15,834 nt of DNA from Candidatus Rokuibacteriota bacterium (GTDB lineage: Bacteria > Methylomirabilota > Methylomirabilia > Rokubacteriales > DASRDR01). The position numbers and the translations under genes are program-made. Of this stretch, positions 15,118 through 15,834 are shown piece by piece. The first letter of the stretch is position 1. Every line of letters starts with the position of its first letter. The notes below the pieces were generated by a model. That model had not been told where the DNA came from. It did not search any database and saw only the letters and a program-made list of their open reading frames with translations. The DNA lies in the NCBI GenBank assembly GCA_044866005.1, contig JBIOTN010000180.1:1-15834 (forward strand), written 5' to 3'.

Positions 15118-15195
15118 GCGGACGATTCCGAGCAGCGTCCAGCCTCGCGAGGCCTGCGACTCCGACGGGCGCAGCGAGCCCGGGAGCCCCGCCGG

Positions 15196-15732
15196 CTACG
15201 CCTCCGTGGCCAGCCGCCGGAACGCCTCCGGCGTCATCCGGAAGACCGTCCAGTCGTCCATCGCCACCGCGCCCAGCTTGAAATAGAAGTCGCGCGCGGG
15301 CGTGTTCCAGTCGAGGACGGCCCACTCCATCCGCCCGCACTCCCGCGCCACGGCGATCCGCGCCAGGTGGACGAGGAGCCGCCGGCCGATGCCGCGCCCG
15401 CGCGCCTCCGGCCGGACGAACAGGTCCTCCAGATAGAGGGTCGGCCGGGCCTTGAACGTGGAGAAGGTGAAGAAGTAGAGCGCGAAGCCGACCGCGCGGC
15501 CGCCGGACTCGGCGAGGACGGCCTCGAAGACCGGCCGCGGGCCGAAGCCGTGCCGCTCCAGCAAGGCCTCGGTCGCCTCGACTTCGTGGCTCAGCCGCTC
15601 GTACTCGGCAATGCCGCGGACCAGCTCGAGCAGGGCCGGGACGTCCGCCGCCGTCGCCGCCCGGAGGGCGAGGCCATCGCCGCCCGGCGCCGCGGCCTCG
15701 CCAGGCGCTAGGGGCTCGCCGGTGGAACCCAC
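15196..15732 (-). CDS. GNAT N-acetyltransferase, spermidine/spermine (SSAT)/diamine acetyltransferase-like
   Basis: LRAAT.ADVP, IAEYERL, GFALYFFTFSTF, LYLEDLFVRPEARGRGIG (acetyl-CoA motif), GRMEWAVLDWN..ARDFY. The start is uncertain: GTG 15732 is preferred because ATG 15819 lies inside repeat copy C. Confidence 0.85.
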   Translation of the reverse strand: MGSTGEPLAPGEAAAPGGDGLALRAATAADVPALLELVRGIAEYERLSHEVEATEALLERHGFGPRPVFEAVLAESGGRAVGFALYFFTFSTFKARPTLYLEDLFVRPEARGRGIGRRLLVHLARIAVARECGRMEWAVLDWNTPARDFYFKLGAVAMDDWTVFRMTPEAFRRLATEA

Positions 15733-15779
15733 TCGCGCCGTATCCCCACCGCCGCAGCCGTCACAGGGGTCCACTCCGA

Positions 15780-15834
15780 GCGCCGGCCCTGCCGGCGCAG
15801 CGATCCGGGGGGGAGGCATCGGAGGGGGCCGTCG
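15780..15834 (-). repeat. Two-hairpin intergenic repeat (REP-like), copy C, truncated by the window end
   Basis: Minus strand reads ...CGACGGCCCCCTCCGA, linker TGCCTCCCCCCCGGATCGCT, then GCGCCGGC-AGG-GCCGGCGC (15798-15780). Confidence 0.75.

Noticed and set aside
15..15711. Many long antisense or alternative-frame ORFs (e.g. 15-1076, 4349-5944, 4561-6018, 9635-10777, 11080-13344, 14119-15711)
   Set aside because: Expected from stop-codon scarcity in high-GC DNA. They lack recognisable motifs and overlap well-supported genes.
15733..15819. Extended GNAT N-terminus from ATG 15819 (MPPPRIAAPAGPAL...)
   Set aside because: This ATG is part of the repeat's conserved CCGATGCCTCCC core. The same core produces the spurious ORF at 15083.
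1..15834. CRISPR array, tRNA/rRNA, transposase, integrase or prophage genes
   Set aside because: No regularly spaced direct repeats, cloverleaf-like sequences or mobile-element protein motifs were found by eye.

Overview
Very GC-rich (roughly 70%+ by eye), gene-dense bacterial DNA encoding transport and small-molecule metabolism. No rRNA, tRNA, CRISPR array, transposase, integrase or phage gene was seen. The gene mix (Liv-type ABC transporter, class III CoA-transferase, LLM oxidoreductase) suits a soil or subsurface heterotroph such as Rokubacteria/Methylomirabilota, but that is inference only. Left third (minus strand): a livK-livH-livM-livG-[HD]-livF operon followed by a truncated M20 amidohydrolase that the ORF track misses. 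A stand-alone Mesh1/small-alarmone-hydrolase-like HD gene sits between the two ATPase genes and overlaps the livF start (GTGA). Middle (plus strand): an exported NAPE-PLD-like metallo-beta-lactamase-fold hydrolase, a DMT/EamA transporter with a His-rich tail, and a CaiB/BaiF CoA-transferase. Then (minus strand): DUF1772-like protein, D-2-hydroxyacid dehydrogenase, TauE/SafE exporter, FlK-like thioesterase and a BHMT-type homocysteine methyltransferase. Divergent from these are an LLM oxidoreductase and a dimeric alpha/beta-barrel protein, followed by a convergent SSAT-like GNAT. The main unannotated signal is a ~60-bp two-hairpin intergenic repeat with compensatory base changes, present three times: once directly upstream of the HD gene and twice, inverted, around the GNAT gene. 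Several sigma70-like promoters are visible, four of them predicting leaderless or near-leaderless mRNAs.
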